This document shows, piece after piece, positions 18,701 through 28,600 of a DNA stretch of 64,000 nt. A program made the position numbers and the translations under genes. Positions within the stretch are counted from its first letter, which is position 1. The number at the start of each line of letters is the position of its first letter. Origin of the DNA: Giardia intestinalis (lineage: Eukaryota); assembly GCA_000002435.2 (NCBI GenBank), contig CM018792.1; one strand, 5' to 3'. The notes beneath the pieces are model-generated. The model did no database searches. It was not told the origin of the DNA and worked only from the letters and a program-made list of their open reading frames with translations.

Positions 18701-20491
18701 ATCTTCTGGGGATACATACTATTGACACTAACTGGCAACGGCATACTGCAGTACCTTGGCCTGTACATCAATCACTGGTCTTCTAATCTGTATGGTTTCT
18801 CATCGGCAGGGTACATTGTGCTTTACGTGAGTATTTCTATGCTATATATTCTAATAGTCTTTTTAGAGCGGGTTGCCTTTATTAAGAGCTCTGTTAACGC
18901 TACGCGCACCCTACACAACAGGATGGTCGATGCCGTCCTCAACACACAACTGTTCTTTTTCGAAACCAACCCATTAGGTCGGATCCTCAACAGGCTCAGT
19001 CGAGACACAGATCAGTGTGACTCAGCAATTCCAAACAGCATTGTGTCGCTCAGCAATGACCTCCTCTATTTGCTGGTTAACCTGCTTGTGATTATGTTAC
19101 TTTCGTGGCCAACCATTGTCTTCATCATCCCCCTAGGGATACTCTACATCTTTATCTTTAACACGTTCAGACTAATAGCTCCTCAGCTAAAGCGTATCAC
19201 TCCTATCCTTTCTAGTCCCATACTCGCACTTGTGCAGGATTCCCTCACCGCGTTGCCATCTATAAGGTGCTATGGAAGTGAAGACCATCTCATAGAGCTC
19301 AACAGACTAAACCTTACGCGGAGCTACAGCGCGGACTGGCTTATGCGTGTGATGAATAGGTGGCTGAGCTTTCGCGTCAATGTGATCATGGGGATATTTG
19401 CATCGTTGGTGAGCATGAGCGTTGTCATTATTGCTCCCATTGGCAACAGTGCGCGCTATACCGGCCTAATTCTTATGAATAGCTTCACACTCATCAGCAG
19501 GCTGATTATGCTCGCCTTTTCTATTAACAGTTTGGAGAGTTCTATGAGCAGCGCAGAGCGCGTCCTGGAATATGGGAAGTTGAAGGGAGAGGAAGATGGT
19601 CTAACATATCCCGCTTTATCGACACAGAGTGCAGACCCAGCGAAGTTTGTTGACGTGTCATCGCTTTCCTTGCGCTATAGAAAAGATCTTGACTTAGTAT
19701 TGCGAAATGTGTCCTTTTCGGCCCACCGTGGAGAGCGTATTGGCATTGTTGGCCGCACAGGTGCTGGTAAGTCATCGATAACCGCAGCCATGTTTCGCTT
19801 GGTTGAGCCCGAGCCAGGATCGAGCATAATTGTTAATGGAGTGGACCTGCTCTCAGTTCCACTTGATGATGCACGTGCTCAACTGACCATCATCCCCCAG
19901 GACCCGTTTCTATTCTCAGGCACTATAAGGACCTGCCTCTGCTTTTACTCCCAATTGACAGCAGAAGGAATAACTCCCAAAGATATGCCTCCTGGTGTTG
20001 AGCGGATCTCGGACGAGAAACTCTGGCGGGTGCTCGAGCAGGTCCGCATGCGCGAGTACTTCGAGAAGCAGCCTGGCGGACTCGACGCCAAGATCACAGC
20101 TAACGGGGACAACCTCTCTGCAGGTCAGCGCCAGCTTGTCTGTGTGGCCCGTGCACTACTACGAGACGCACCAGTGGTTATTCTGGATGAGGCCACCGCC
20201 CAGGTCGACCGGGAAAACGACGCCATAATCCAGTCCACGATCCGTACAGCGCTGGAAGACCGCGTCGTCATCGCCATTGCACACAGGATCAATACTATCA
20301 TCGACTTTGACAGAATCATAGTTATGGACGCGGGCGAGGTAAAGGAGTTCGACACCCCCAGGGCGCTCCTGAGCAACCCAGAGTCGTTCTTCAGCAGACT
20401 AGTTGCTAAGTGCGAGGATGCAGAGGAGCTTTACCAAAAGGCATATGCCAAGGGCTCGAAGACGAACTCGGACCCAGAACGTGCAAGCTGA
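15767..20491 (+). CDS. ABC transporter, ABCC/MRP-like full transporter (TMD-NBD-TMD-NBD)
   Basis: Two nucleotide-binding domains. NBD1 has Walker A [9 protein letters not shown] and the signature/Walker B [32 protein letters not shown]. NBD2 has GRTGAGKSS and [32 protein letters not shown]. There are multiple TM helices. The first ATG at 15767 follows an AT-rich stretch; an alternative in-frame ATG (METKQ...) is at 15854. Confidence 0.9.
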   Translation: [1574 protein letters not shown]

Positions 20492-20895
20492 GTAGACTGA
20501 TTTAAGTTAAAGGACCAGAAGATGCATGTTCTTGCTTGTTCCATCAATCTATGCAAGTGAGAGAAGAATGGAATTTTCTATGAACTTCATGGTGATGTCT
20601 CAGCCCCCCAAGATTCTGTTTCCCCTTAAGCTGACCTCTAAGTCTCCCAAAGCATGGCACTATAGTGGCCAATAAGGGCGTGTATCTCTTTGGGATACTC
20701 TCTTTGGGGTACACTGCCTCAGTAAATATCAAAACAGAGTGTTTTGTGTCGAAAACCCTTTTAGTCGATCTACTCTCATGAATAGTGACTAATTGTTGTC
20801 GTGCTTAGCTCGTTATGAAAGTCTGCTGAAGGGGAGGTGAGCCGTGCCATTAAAAAAGCAAGCAGCAAAGTCTTTTGGGCAACACTCCAGAACTG

Positions 20896-21399
20896 ATGGA
20901 TGGGGACTGGGAAGACGAAGTTCCTCTACCAGAGGGAAACGAAAGCCGGCTGAGTGACGCCGTGGGACGGATGTTCTGTCACTGCGGTAATGAGGTAAAG
21001 ATAAGCTGCATATGGAGCAATGGCACTTGGAAGATTCTTTATACGTGCACGACAATTCTCAGTGGACAGGAAACGCACGGCCACATCAAGGAAGAGGTAA
21101 CGTCTGCTGTCCTTGATCAGCTGCAGGATGCAGACCTGCGGACCCGGGCGATGACGGTGAGGCCTCGGCAAACGGAGGGGAGTAAGACGTTTGGGAGTCT
21201 GAGCGTGGCTCAAATAGAAAACATACTGCTGAATCCAGTTTTGGAGAGAATGATAGATAAATGCCCCCTATGCAACATGGTCGTTCCAATGGTTGTTTGG
21301 CAATTGAGTCTTACGGAGATGCGTTTCGCATATATCTGCACAAATTGCAAGCTAGCATCCGATATGCGCGACGTCGTCGCCTGCAGTGAGAGCAGATGA
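20896..21399 (+). CDS. Hypothetical Cys-containing protein (about 167 aa), possibly a zinc-ribbon type
   Basis: The track ORF 20875 starts at TTG. The first ATG is at 20896, with an AT-rich stretch (CCATTAAAAAAGCAAGCAGCAAAG) upstream. CHCG...C and CPLC...C..C pairs are present. No recognised family. Confidence 0.35.
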   Translation: MDGDWEDEVPLPEGNESRLSDAVGRMFCHCGNEVKISCIWSNGTWKILYTCTTILSGQETHGHIKEEVTSAVLDQLQDADLRTRAMTVRPRQTEGSKTFGSLSVAQIENILLNPVLERMIDKCPLCNMVVPMVVWQLSLTEMRFAYICTNCKLASDMRDVVACSESR

Positions 21400-21451
21400 A
21401 GATTCCATTTCAAAATGGAATTCGGCTAACCCAAAAAGGAGTTCTCGAGAA

Positions 21452-21685
21452 ATGCCCAACACAATCACAGAGGAGAACCTCATGAAGATGATCGCAGACG
21501 GCCGAGGAAAGAAGCTTGTGGTCAAGTCCTGTAGCAAGGGGAGGCTGCAGGGCAAGGTCAAGCTGAAGCTCCGCACAGCGAAGTATCTTTACACCCTGAC
21601 GGTTCCCAATGCTGACGATGCAAAGAGTATTGTGAAGGGTTGCAAGGATAAGGTGGAGGTGCAATATGTCAACGACTCGGAGTAA
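21452..21685 (+). CDS. RPL38: Ribosomal protein L38e
   Basis: MPNTITEENLMKMIADGRGKKLVVKSCSKGRLQGKVKLKLRTAKYLYTLTV... matches the eL38 core (KFKVRCSRYLYTLVI). The stop TAA is embedded in an AGTAAAT poly(A) signal (21681-21687). Confidence 0.85.
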   Translation: MPNTITEENLMKMIADGRGKKLVVKSCSKGRLQGKVKLKLRTAKYLYTLTVPNADDAKSIVKGCKDKVEVQYVNDSE

Positions 21686-21687
21686 AT
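21681..21687 (+). terminator. AGTAAAT polyadenylation signal overlapping the L38e stop codon
   Basis: The Giardia-type AGTRAAY motif, here GAGTAAATAC, with TAA as the stop. Confidence 0.5.
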
Positions 21688-21715
21688 ACGCCGGCGGCGG
21701 CTCTGTGCAAAAATC

Positions 21716-24151
21716 ATGAATGAATGCCCACGGCTTCCTCGGGCCCTGTCGGTTGGGCGCCGCAGTGGAAGGCCCTTAGTGGGTGCCATTCCAAAATTAC
21801 TGGTCACCGAGGAAGGAGACGAAAACTCAAATCTCAGCCTCCCTGTCCGGTCTCTCAAGATTTCTCCCTGGAGTGATGTTGAGTGGTCACTGATACCGCC
21901 GATTGTCTCCAGTTCCATCCTAGAGATCCGTAGTGGCATGCAGCTCGTCTATGACATGCTCATGAACTCCATTAGTAGCACGCGGGTATCCACCGCTGCG
22001 CACAGCCAGGTGGCTGCGCGTCTTGATGCCTATTACTTAGACTTTGGCAAGCGCATTTCCGCCCTGGAGGTGAAGCTAAACATGGCTCAGCTTAGGCAAA
22101 GCGACGTCTTGGAAAAGCTAGATGCGCAGCAGAGAGATATCATCCAGCATACAGACTCCGTGACTGCAAAGCTGAATGCACAGTTTGAACGCACTAAGCT
22201 CCTTGTGGACTCAGCTCTGAGCAAATTCAGCCCACCCACAGATGTGGAGCTAGACGCCATTACGCTTCGCCTGTTATCTAGCCCCGTATTAATTAATGCT
22301 CTTCGAGATATGCAGTCAGAGTACTCAGCTGCTTCTTTCCAGGCCGTGCAGGAGCTCAATGGTCGCCTGGAGGATGTCGAACAGCAACTGAACCTTTATA
22401 GGAAGAACGTCCAGGAATTGGCCGAGATTATAGCAAACAACGAGCGGCACTTCAACCAGTATCAGGCACGCATCGGGGATAGGCTGCGGTTACTAGATGA
22501 GTTACCAAGCAAGTTAAAAGAGTTAGAAGGCATGCACCAATTATCCCTGAAGCAAACGTGTGATAAAGAAAAGCAAGCACAGTCTGAGCAAGCTAGTCAA
22601 GAAACGAAAGATGCATTAGCAGCCATTAAAAAGGAACTTGGTGAGCTGCGCACCTCTTTAACAAGCAATGCAATATGTGGTGAAAGAGCATGCCCTCACT
22701 TCCATAATATGCAGTCCTCCATAGCACCTTCAGCGCTTCCAACAATTCCAGATTTCAAGGCCCCCTCTTTTGAACCAAAGAACTCCTTGATGCCTCATGG
22801 TCATACTGTGGTTGAGCCAATCTCACGGGACTCTATTACTGGAAACCCCGTTACTAAGTCCCTTACATGCGAGGGTGAAGAGATGAAACGCACCCTAAGG
22901 CGTCATCTCCCACACACACAAAAGTCTGATGCACAGTCATACAGCTTTCAGACTAAACGATATGATGAACGTGAAGATGGCTGTGAAGATAGGGACGAGA
23001 CAATGGTCTACCAGGGCTCGAGGTCCACCCCAGGAACAGTGTACCTGAATGATCCGGAGTTTTATCAGGATTGCCATAGGTCAATTGCCCAGCCTGTTAA
23101 CCCTCATCGTTACAAGTCCACTGTTATGATCTCTGCAGACAAAAACATACGTCCACGTTCTGCTACTAGCCAGCCAACGTCAGCCGCGCTAACTGTCCGT
23201 GAGCTCATACCACAAATTTCTGCACAGTTACCATATAATAGTAAGCTATTGCAGAGTCTAGTCGCCAAACTAGTGCCAGAGCTTCTCCCGTATTTCCGCA
23301 CAGGAAGTGATAATCAGGAAAAAGAAGATGATGTTTCTCCAGTTAAACTTCAGGAGAGGTTAGCCTCTATTGTTCAACAAATAGAACCCCTGGCTGCTTC
23401 AGTCTCTGTTGTAATGGGCAGAATGGAAACGCTGTCACAGACACTGGATGCCGTTATAGAATCAAAAGTGAAGAGCGTGAGTGACAAGGTTGAAAAGGTT
23501 GACAAGGCTCTTACAGATGATATACTCCAGAAGCATGGGGCTCTAGTGTCTAAACTCAATAGCAAAATAGAGCTTGTGCGCGAATCCTTGCAGTTGTGCA
23601 TCTCATCCCACATAAAGTCAATTATGGATGCACTTGATCTTAGAGATAAGACGTATGCAACTAAGACGGCTTTATTTCAGCTTTCTCGGTCTGTAGCCGG
23701 TACAGACACTCGTATCTCTCTCCACGAAGACACTATCCTTCAACTGTGCCGACGTCTTCCCGATGAGACTAATCTGCGCGCTTTAGGCACATTTACTGAC
23801 GTCGTACGTGAATTAGGAGTGGAGAACTCATACACCTACGATGCACCTATAACAGTACCCACAAACTCCTCTGTTAACTCAGAGCTGTCGGCTGGTTCCA
23901 CCACATTTCGTGATCAGCTGAGCGACAGGCCCAGCAAAAGACCGAGGGCTATGAAGCGATCGACAGTGGTGTCTGCACCGCCCGCAAGGACCAAACAAAG
24001 TGTGCAGGGTACCCAGAATACACAAATCTTGCCCGGGCAAAGTCACCTGGCGTCGTTTTGTGCACCCAATCAGAACGAAGAACTGATTAGAACATCCCCT
24101 AGTCTCAAGGTATCTTACTATGACACTACAACACTAGACTCAGCATCGTGA
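21716..24151 (+). CDS. Coiled-coil protein (811 aa), hypothetical
   Basis: Intact ATG ORF. Long heptad-rich segments (..LEVKLNMAQLRQSDVLEKLDAQQRDII.., ..LEDVEQQLNLYRKNVQELAEII..). No enzymatic motif. Confidence 0.6.
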   Translation: MNECPRLPRALSVGRRSGRPLVGAIPKLLVTEEGDENSNLSLPVRSLKISPWSDVEWSLIPPIVSSSILEIRSGMQLVYDMLMNSISSTRVSTAAHSQVAARLDAYYLDFGKRISALEVKLNMAQLRQSDVLEKLDAQQRDIIQHTDSVTAKLNAQFERTKLLVDSALSKFSPPTDVELDAITLRLLSSPVLINALRDMQSEYSAASFQAVQELNGRLEDVEQQLNLYRKNVQELAEIIANNERHFNQYQARIGDRLRLLDELPSKLKELEGMHQLSLKQTCDKEKQAQSEQASQETKDALAAIKKELGELRTSLTSNAICGERACPHFHNMQSSIAPSALPTIPDFKAPSFEPKNSLMPHGHTVVEPISRDSITGNPVTKSLTCEGEEMKRTLRRHLPHTQKSDAQSYSFQTKRYDEREDGCEDRDETMVYQGSRSTPGTVYLNDPEFYQDCHRSIAQPVNPHRYKSTVMISADKNIRPRSATSQPTSAALTVRELIPQISAQLPYNSKLLQSLVAKLVPELLPYFRTGSDNQEKEDDVSPVKLQERLASIVQQIEPLAASVSVVMGRMETLSQTLDAVIESKVKSVSDKVEKVDKALTDDILQKHGALVSKLNSKIELVRESLQLCISSHIKSIMDALDLRDKTYATKTALFQLSRSVAGTDTRISLHEDTILQLCRRLPDETNLRALGTFTDVVRELGVENSYTYDAPITVPTNSSVNSELSAGSTTFRDQLSDRPSKRPRAMKRSTVVSAPPARTKQSVQGTQNTQILPGQSHLASFCAPNQNEELIRTSPSLKVSYYDTTTLDSAS

Positions 24152-24196
24152 TGTAAGGAAAACGATCAGGATTGATGCTTTGACAAATGACTATCC

Positions 24197-25168
24197 TTAT
24201 CCGTGGCGTGCAAACCTGTCCCGAGTTATCCGGAATTCCCCTTGACCCCCGGGCCTCCCGCTATGTTTTTTCTGCTCATCATCTTTTCTTTTGGAGTTAT
24301 TAGATTGATTAAACGTAATTTCTAGGCGTTTAGAGTCATCTTTCCGTGCACGTAGATTTTTTATAATGGAATAAGCTCCACGTACCAGGGTTTCGTCACG
24401 CTTGGTCGCAGCCGGTATACTTTTGCCAACATGCTTGGCGTTATATGCGTGCAGTAAGCGCGAGTATTCATTTTCGCGAAAGCGATAGCCCATCCGCAGG
24501 GGAAAATTTCGCTCTCTGCATTCAAATTGGTAATGGTCTCTTGCGCCACATATGAAACAGCGCATCTTTCCCAGTAACCTGCTCCTCTTCTCTTTTGCCT
24601 CCTTCTTAAGATCGGGGCAGTCTCGCGACATGTGTCTCTGAAAGCAAAACTTGCACCTCTCCGTGCCCCTACAGTGTGGCATATACTCTGGACACACTAA
24701 TCCACTGTGGGGCCCTCCGCAACGGTAGCATTCGTTGGCGTATGTGTTTATAAAATTGTCTATGTCTATCAGATCGAGCAATCCTCCGGGAAGGCGATTC
24801 TTCTTCTTGCACGAACAATTTGCTTCACCACAAAGCATGCACACATTTGCGGTGCACGTGTCAACCTGATGCCGATCGTCTCCGCAGCAGAAGCAAACCC
24901 CGATTATCCTTTTCCTGGACCGACACATGTGTGCAAGATGGCCTATTTGGCCACATTCTCTGCACCAGATTGTTTCATCATAGTCGAAGTATCTTCGAAC
25001 AGGATAGTCCGCAACGGGAAAGGGCTGCTGCTGGGAGAGACTGGCGATCGAAAGGTTTGACTGGGACATGCTCAGAAAGGATTCACTGAAGCGAAGTGGA
25101 GAAGCAAAGTCATGCGCACTGGGTATTGTTGGCTCCGGGGTGGCATCCAGCTTCGGGGTTGTCGTCAT
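24197..25168 (-). CDS. CCHC zinc-knuckle protein (at least four CX2CX3-4HX4C knuckles)
   Basis: CRECGQIGHLAHMC, CFCCGDDRHQVDTC, CYRCGGPHSGLVC and CFICGARDHYQFEC. ATG start with an AT-rich stretch upstream. Confidence 0.7.
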   Translation of the reverse strand: MTTTPKLDATPEPTIPSAHDFASPLRFSESFLSMSQSNLSIASLSQQQPFPVADYPVRRYFDYDETIWCRECGQIGHLAHMCRSRKRIIGVCFCCGDDRHQVDTCTANVCMLCGEANCSCKKKNRLPGGLLDLIDIDNFINTYANECYRCGGPHSGLVCPEYMPHCRGTERCKFCFQRHMSRDCPDLKKEAKEKRSRLLGKMRCFICGARDHYQFECRERNFPLRMGYRFRENEYSRLLHAYNAKHVGKSIPAATKRDETLVRGAYSIIKNLRARKDDSKRLEITFNQSNNSKRKDDEQKKHSGRPGGQGEFRITRDRFARHG

Positions 25169-25293
25169 TGATCAATGTAAATTTTCATCCATTAATGCTG
25201 CAATTTATATGGTATTGCACGAAATGGCACTGCAATGGTTATGCATTTTAAATTGATTTTTGTCCTACAAATTGGACCCGAAACGACTGAGCC

Positions 25294-25563
25294 ATGCAAT
25301 CGGATGACATCGGGATGAAGAACAGCAGCGGAGTGGTCGTAGACGCATACATACCGCGCAAGTGTTCAGCAACAAATAGGCTCATTGGCCCGAAGGACCA
25401 CGCCGCAGTCCAGCTGAGCGTCGCCAGGGTTAATGATAAGGGCAAGATGATCGAGAACAACTATGTTACATTCGCCTTCTGCGGGGCCATCCGCAGCCGA
25501 GGCGGAGTGGACTCGGCCTTCATGCTCCTCGCCCAGGAGCACGGTCTCATGGAACGCCTTTAG
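25294..25563 (+). CDS. RPS21: Ribosomal protein S21e
   Basis: MQSDDIGMKNSSGVVVDAYIPRKCSATNRLIGPKDHAAVQLSVARV...FAFCGAIR matches the eS21 pattern (..YVPRKCSASNRIIgAKDHAS.Q.nvaev....AiCGAIR). An AGTAAAC poly(A) signal lies at 25584-25590. Confidence 0.85.
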   Translation: MQSDDIGMKNSSGVVVDAYIPRKCSATNRLIGPKDHAAVQLSVARVNDKGKMIENNYVTFAFCGAIRSRGGVDSAFMLLAQEHGLMERL

Positions 25564-25583
25564 GTTGCCGCATACACCGGCCA

Positions 25584-25590
25584 AGTAAAC
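25584..25590 (+). terminator. AGTAAAC polyadenylation signal about 20 nt after the S21e stop
   Basis: CCAAGTAAACGC matches AGTRAAY. Confidence 0.45.
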
Positions 25591-25638
25591 GCTCTGATAC
25601 TTGCTGTATTCCTGCGTTGATTTACACAGCCTTCGGGT

Positions 25639-28600
25639 TCAGAGCGAGCACCTGGCTGCTAGGTCGTAAACGGCCTCCATGACAGCATCGTTTTGGGGAA
25701 CCCCCTTCATCAATCCGGTGGCAGATGACCTTAGGGCAATGATGAGATTGGCTAGCTCATTAGTGTCTTCATTGGCCAAAAGCGTGAAGCGAATCGTGTA
25801 TCCATAAACCTCCAGCTCGTCAAGGAGGACTGCTCGGAGCTCTGCAAGGGGCTCTAGGTCTAAGGCTAGAGCACCAACATCAATGACGTTGGCCATTATT
25901 TCTAAAAGACCGTGGGGAAGGACAGGGATGGCTTCTGTCGGAAGCATAGTCGATTCCAATACAACGTTAGAGGCAGAAATCCCGCTCTGGTACTCCTTGA
26001 AGTACGCTGATAACCCGGCTACACTCTGTGTAAGAGATGGATGGAATATGACTACCCTGGAAATCTCGGCGGGTGTCAGATCTCTAAGCTCAAAGAGTGC
26101 AAAGCTGTACCGCACAAAACTCGACCAATCGTGGTACTTGGCCATCACCGTTGCAGCCTGCCTAACCTTCACCGGTAAAGAGACCAGCTCTTCGTTAATT
26201 GAGCGACGCCTGTCCTTGAACGACTGGATTGCCAAGCCTGCTTCCTTCGATCTGTAGAAGATTTGGAGGACGCAATCTGCTAAGGTTGCACTTGTCTTGA
26301 CTAGCTGGACCAGAACAAATTCGTGAAGGCTCTTTGCATTGTGTTCTAGAAGGCCAAAAGACACAGGAGTTCCCTGGCCATCTGTGTCTATAGATATTTT
26401 ATAGATGCTACACATTTGGCTAACCAGGCTGCAGATAACGTTGAAGAGATCATACAAACATGGATGAAGAGAGTTGAGCCAAGAAGGGATGTCATTATAT
26501 GTCGAAATTGACAACAGATCAATGTTCGTTTCTCTAGACACCAATGCCGTTTGCAAATAAACACAGAGCGAATCGAGTGATTGAGCCATCGATAAGACCT
26601 CAAAAAGCCGTTCCTGCGTTAATTTAAACTCATCTGACATACTGTTTGAAAGAGGGTCAAGAACAGACCTTACGTTCTTCAGAATACCGTGTGCTATGGG
26701 AAGGTGACTGGTTGTTGTCAGGGTCACGCCGCTCAAGATAGATTCGAAGCCATTCAAGCATGCTTCGCGGAGTTTGGTAAAGCCGGAATTGAATTGTCCA
26801 TCCGCTTTACAAACTGACGAGTATATCTTCCCTATACTTTGCTGCAGCTGCTGACAAACCAGTACCTCATTGTACTCCGACACAAAGTTAGAGTACTCGT
26901 GGAAGGTGAGCAGATAGTAATCAGCTTCAAGAAGGGTCGGGGATTCGTTCCCACGACCGGTGTAAACGTAGAAGAACTTTATAAGGCCAGACATAGCATA
27001 GAGAGCTTCCAAATACGTTCGAATCTTCATTTTCAGATCGGCCGTAACAAGGCTTTTGACACCCCATAGCCCGGTCTCTTTGAGAAATGTAATGAATAGT
27101 ATGAGATCCTCGATTTTTTGTATGCACGCTTTGAAGTACAACTTACAGAGTGTCTTGTGTCTTGCTATTTCCTTCCTGTCGATAGATGAACCAGGCCCTG
27201 AAGAGAGGGTTCCAGAAACCATGAATGCCCTATCACTACTGGTGTGTTCGCGTGCACACCAGATGGGGTCTTCTATATTATTGATAATAGAACGGTCAGT
27301 TATGTGTATAAGAAGCCTCTCCAGATCTGCTGGGACGAGTGTTTGGAACAAGAGGTTGAAAAGAGCATCTCCGCTGCAATATGCACTGTAGGATGCATGG
27401 AGGAGATCGTAGGGCGTGAGCTTCGAGCCGCCAGTTGGGTCTGTGTGCTTTAGGCGCTTTTCTAGGTATTCTCGTCTCGCTCCGTCACCAAGCTTACTAC
27501 ACGAGCCACCATTATGTGAGGTAAAAAGTATATCCATGTTGACGTTCCCAGTCAATGACCTGTCGAGGGGTTCAACTGTGGCACCTTCAGGGGTCTGCCC
27601 AATGGCCTCAATGTAATTACTGAGAGAGCGTAGATAACCCTGGTTTGTTAGGAGAAGAATGCTGGTAAGGTGGACTGTCTTGATGAGCCGCAGCTTGCGA
27701 TGGATGGCTCGCCGAGATGCGAATCCGTAGGAACTGATGGATCCTGCGCCTTGTGGAAATGAAAAATTGCGACCAGTAAAGCGCTCTGAGCCATACGGCT
27801 TGAGCTGCACAACGGCTTGCGAGTCATAAATATTATCAATATTTCTGCAAGTCATATCGCTCCTGCTCATTCCTTGGGACTTTAGAACGGATGCCACAGG
27901 CACACGAGTGAGCATAAGGTCATCAAATGCTTTCCCGGTGAGTCCAAGCCTGTTTGTAAAGGCCATATTTTTCCTCTGTGAAGCGTGGACGGTAAGTAAG
28001 TTTGGTAATGATCCGTAATAGAGCACAGTATACCGCTTGAGAAGTTCGCTCCTGATGCTGTGTGCCATCCGTGCTTTAGTTGATCTAAGTCCGTGTAACA
28101 CGGAAGTTACCTTATGCATTAGGCTAGGATCAATGGGGGTGTTGAAAAGGGATTCAACAAATTGGGGCAATTCATCCCTGTACTGCAGGAAGTAGTCTCC
28201 CGGCTTGTTATAAATGTAAACATGAGAGCTTGTCCCTGGAGAACCATATGCCAGGGCCAAGGCTTGTGGAGAGAGATCTGAAATTCCAGACAACACTCTC
28301 GTGCACAACACCCGGCTTCCTGTCACTACGTATCCTACTTTGCTATTTAAGAGGGGGATATCTAGGCTTGGGCGTCTAGAGTAGAAGTCGGCAAGAGGGA
28401 AGTTTTCGACAGAATAGTTGAACATATCGATAACTAAATCTTTAAGCGCCTCTGACTTGAATCTTCTACTGTGCTTCGTCTGCTTAGAGAAGAGCTTGTC
28501 GGAGACAGGGATATGGGATATCATCATTGTACCTGAGTGCATATGAGCGTCGTCGAGGCCGGGGCCTTCAACGGGCATCTCAGATACTCGTCCTTCTTTG

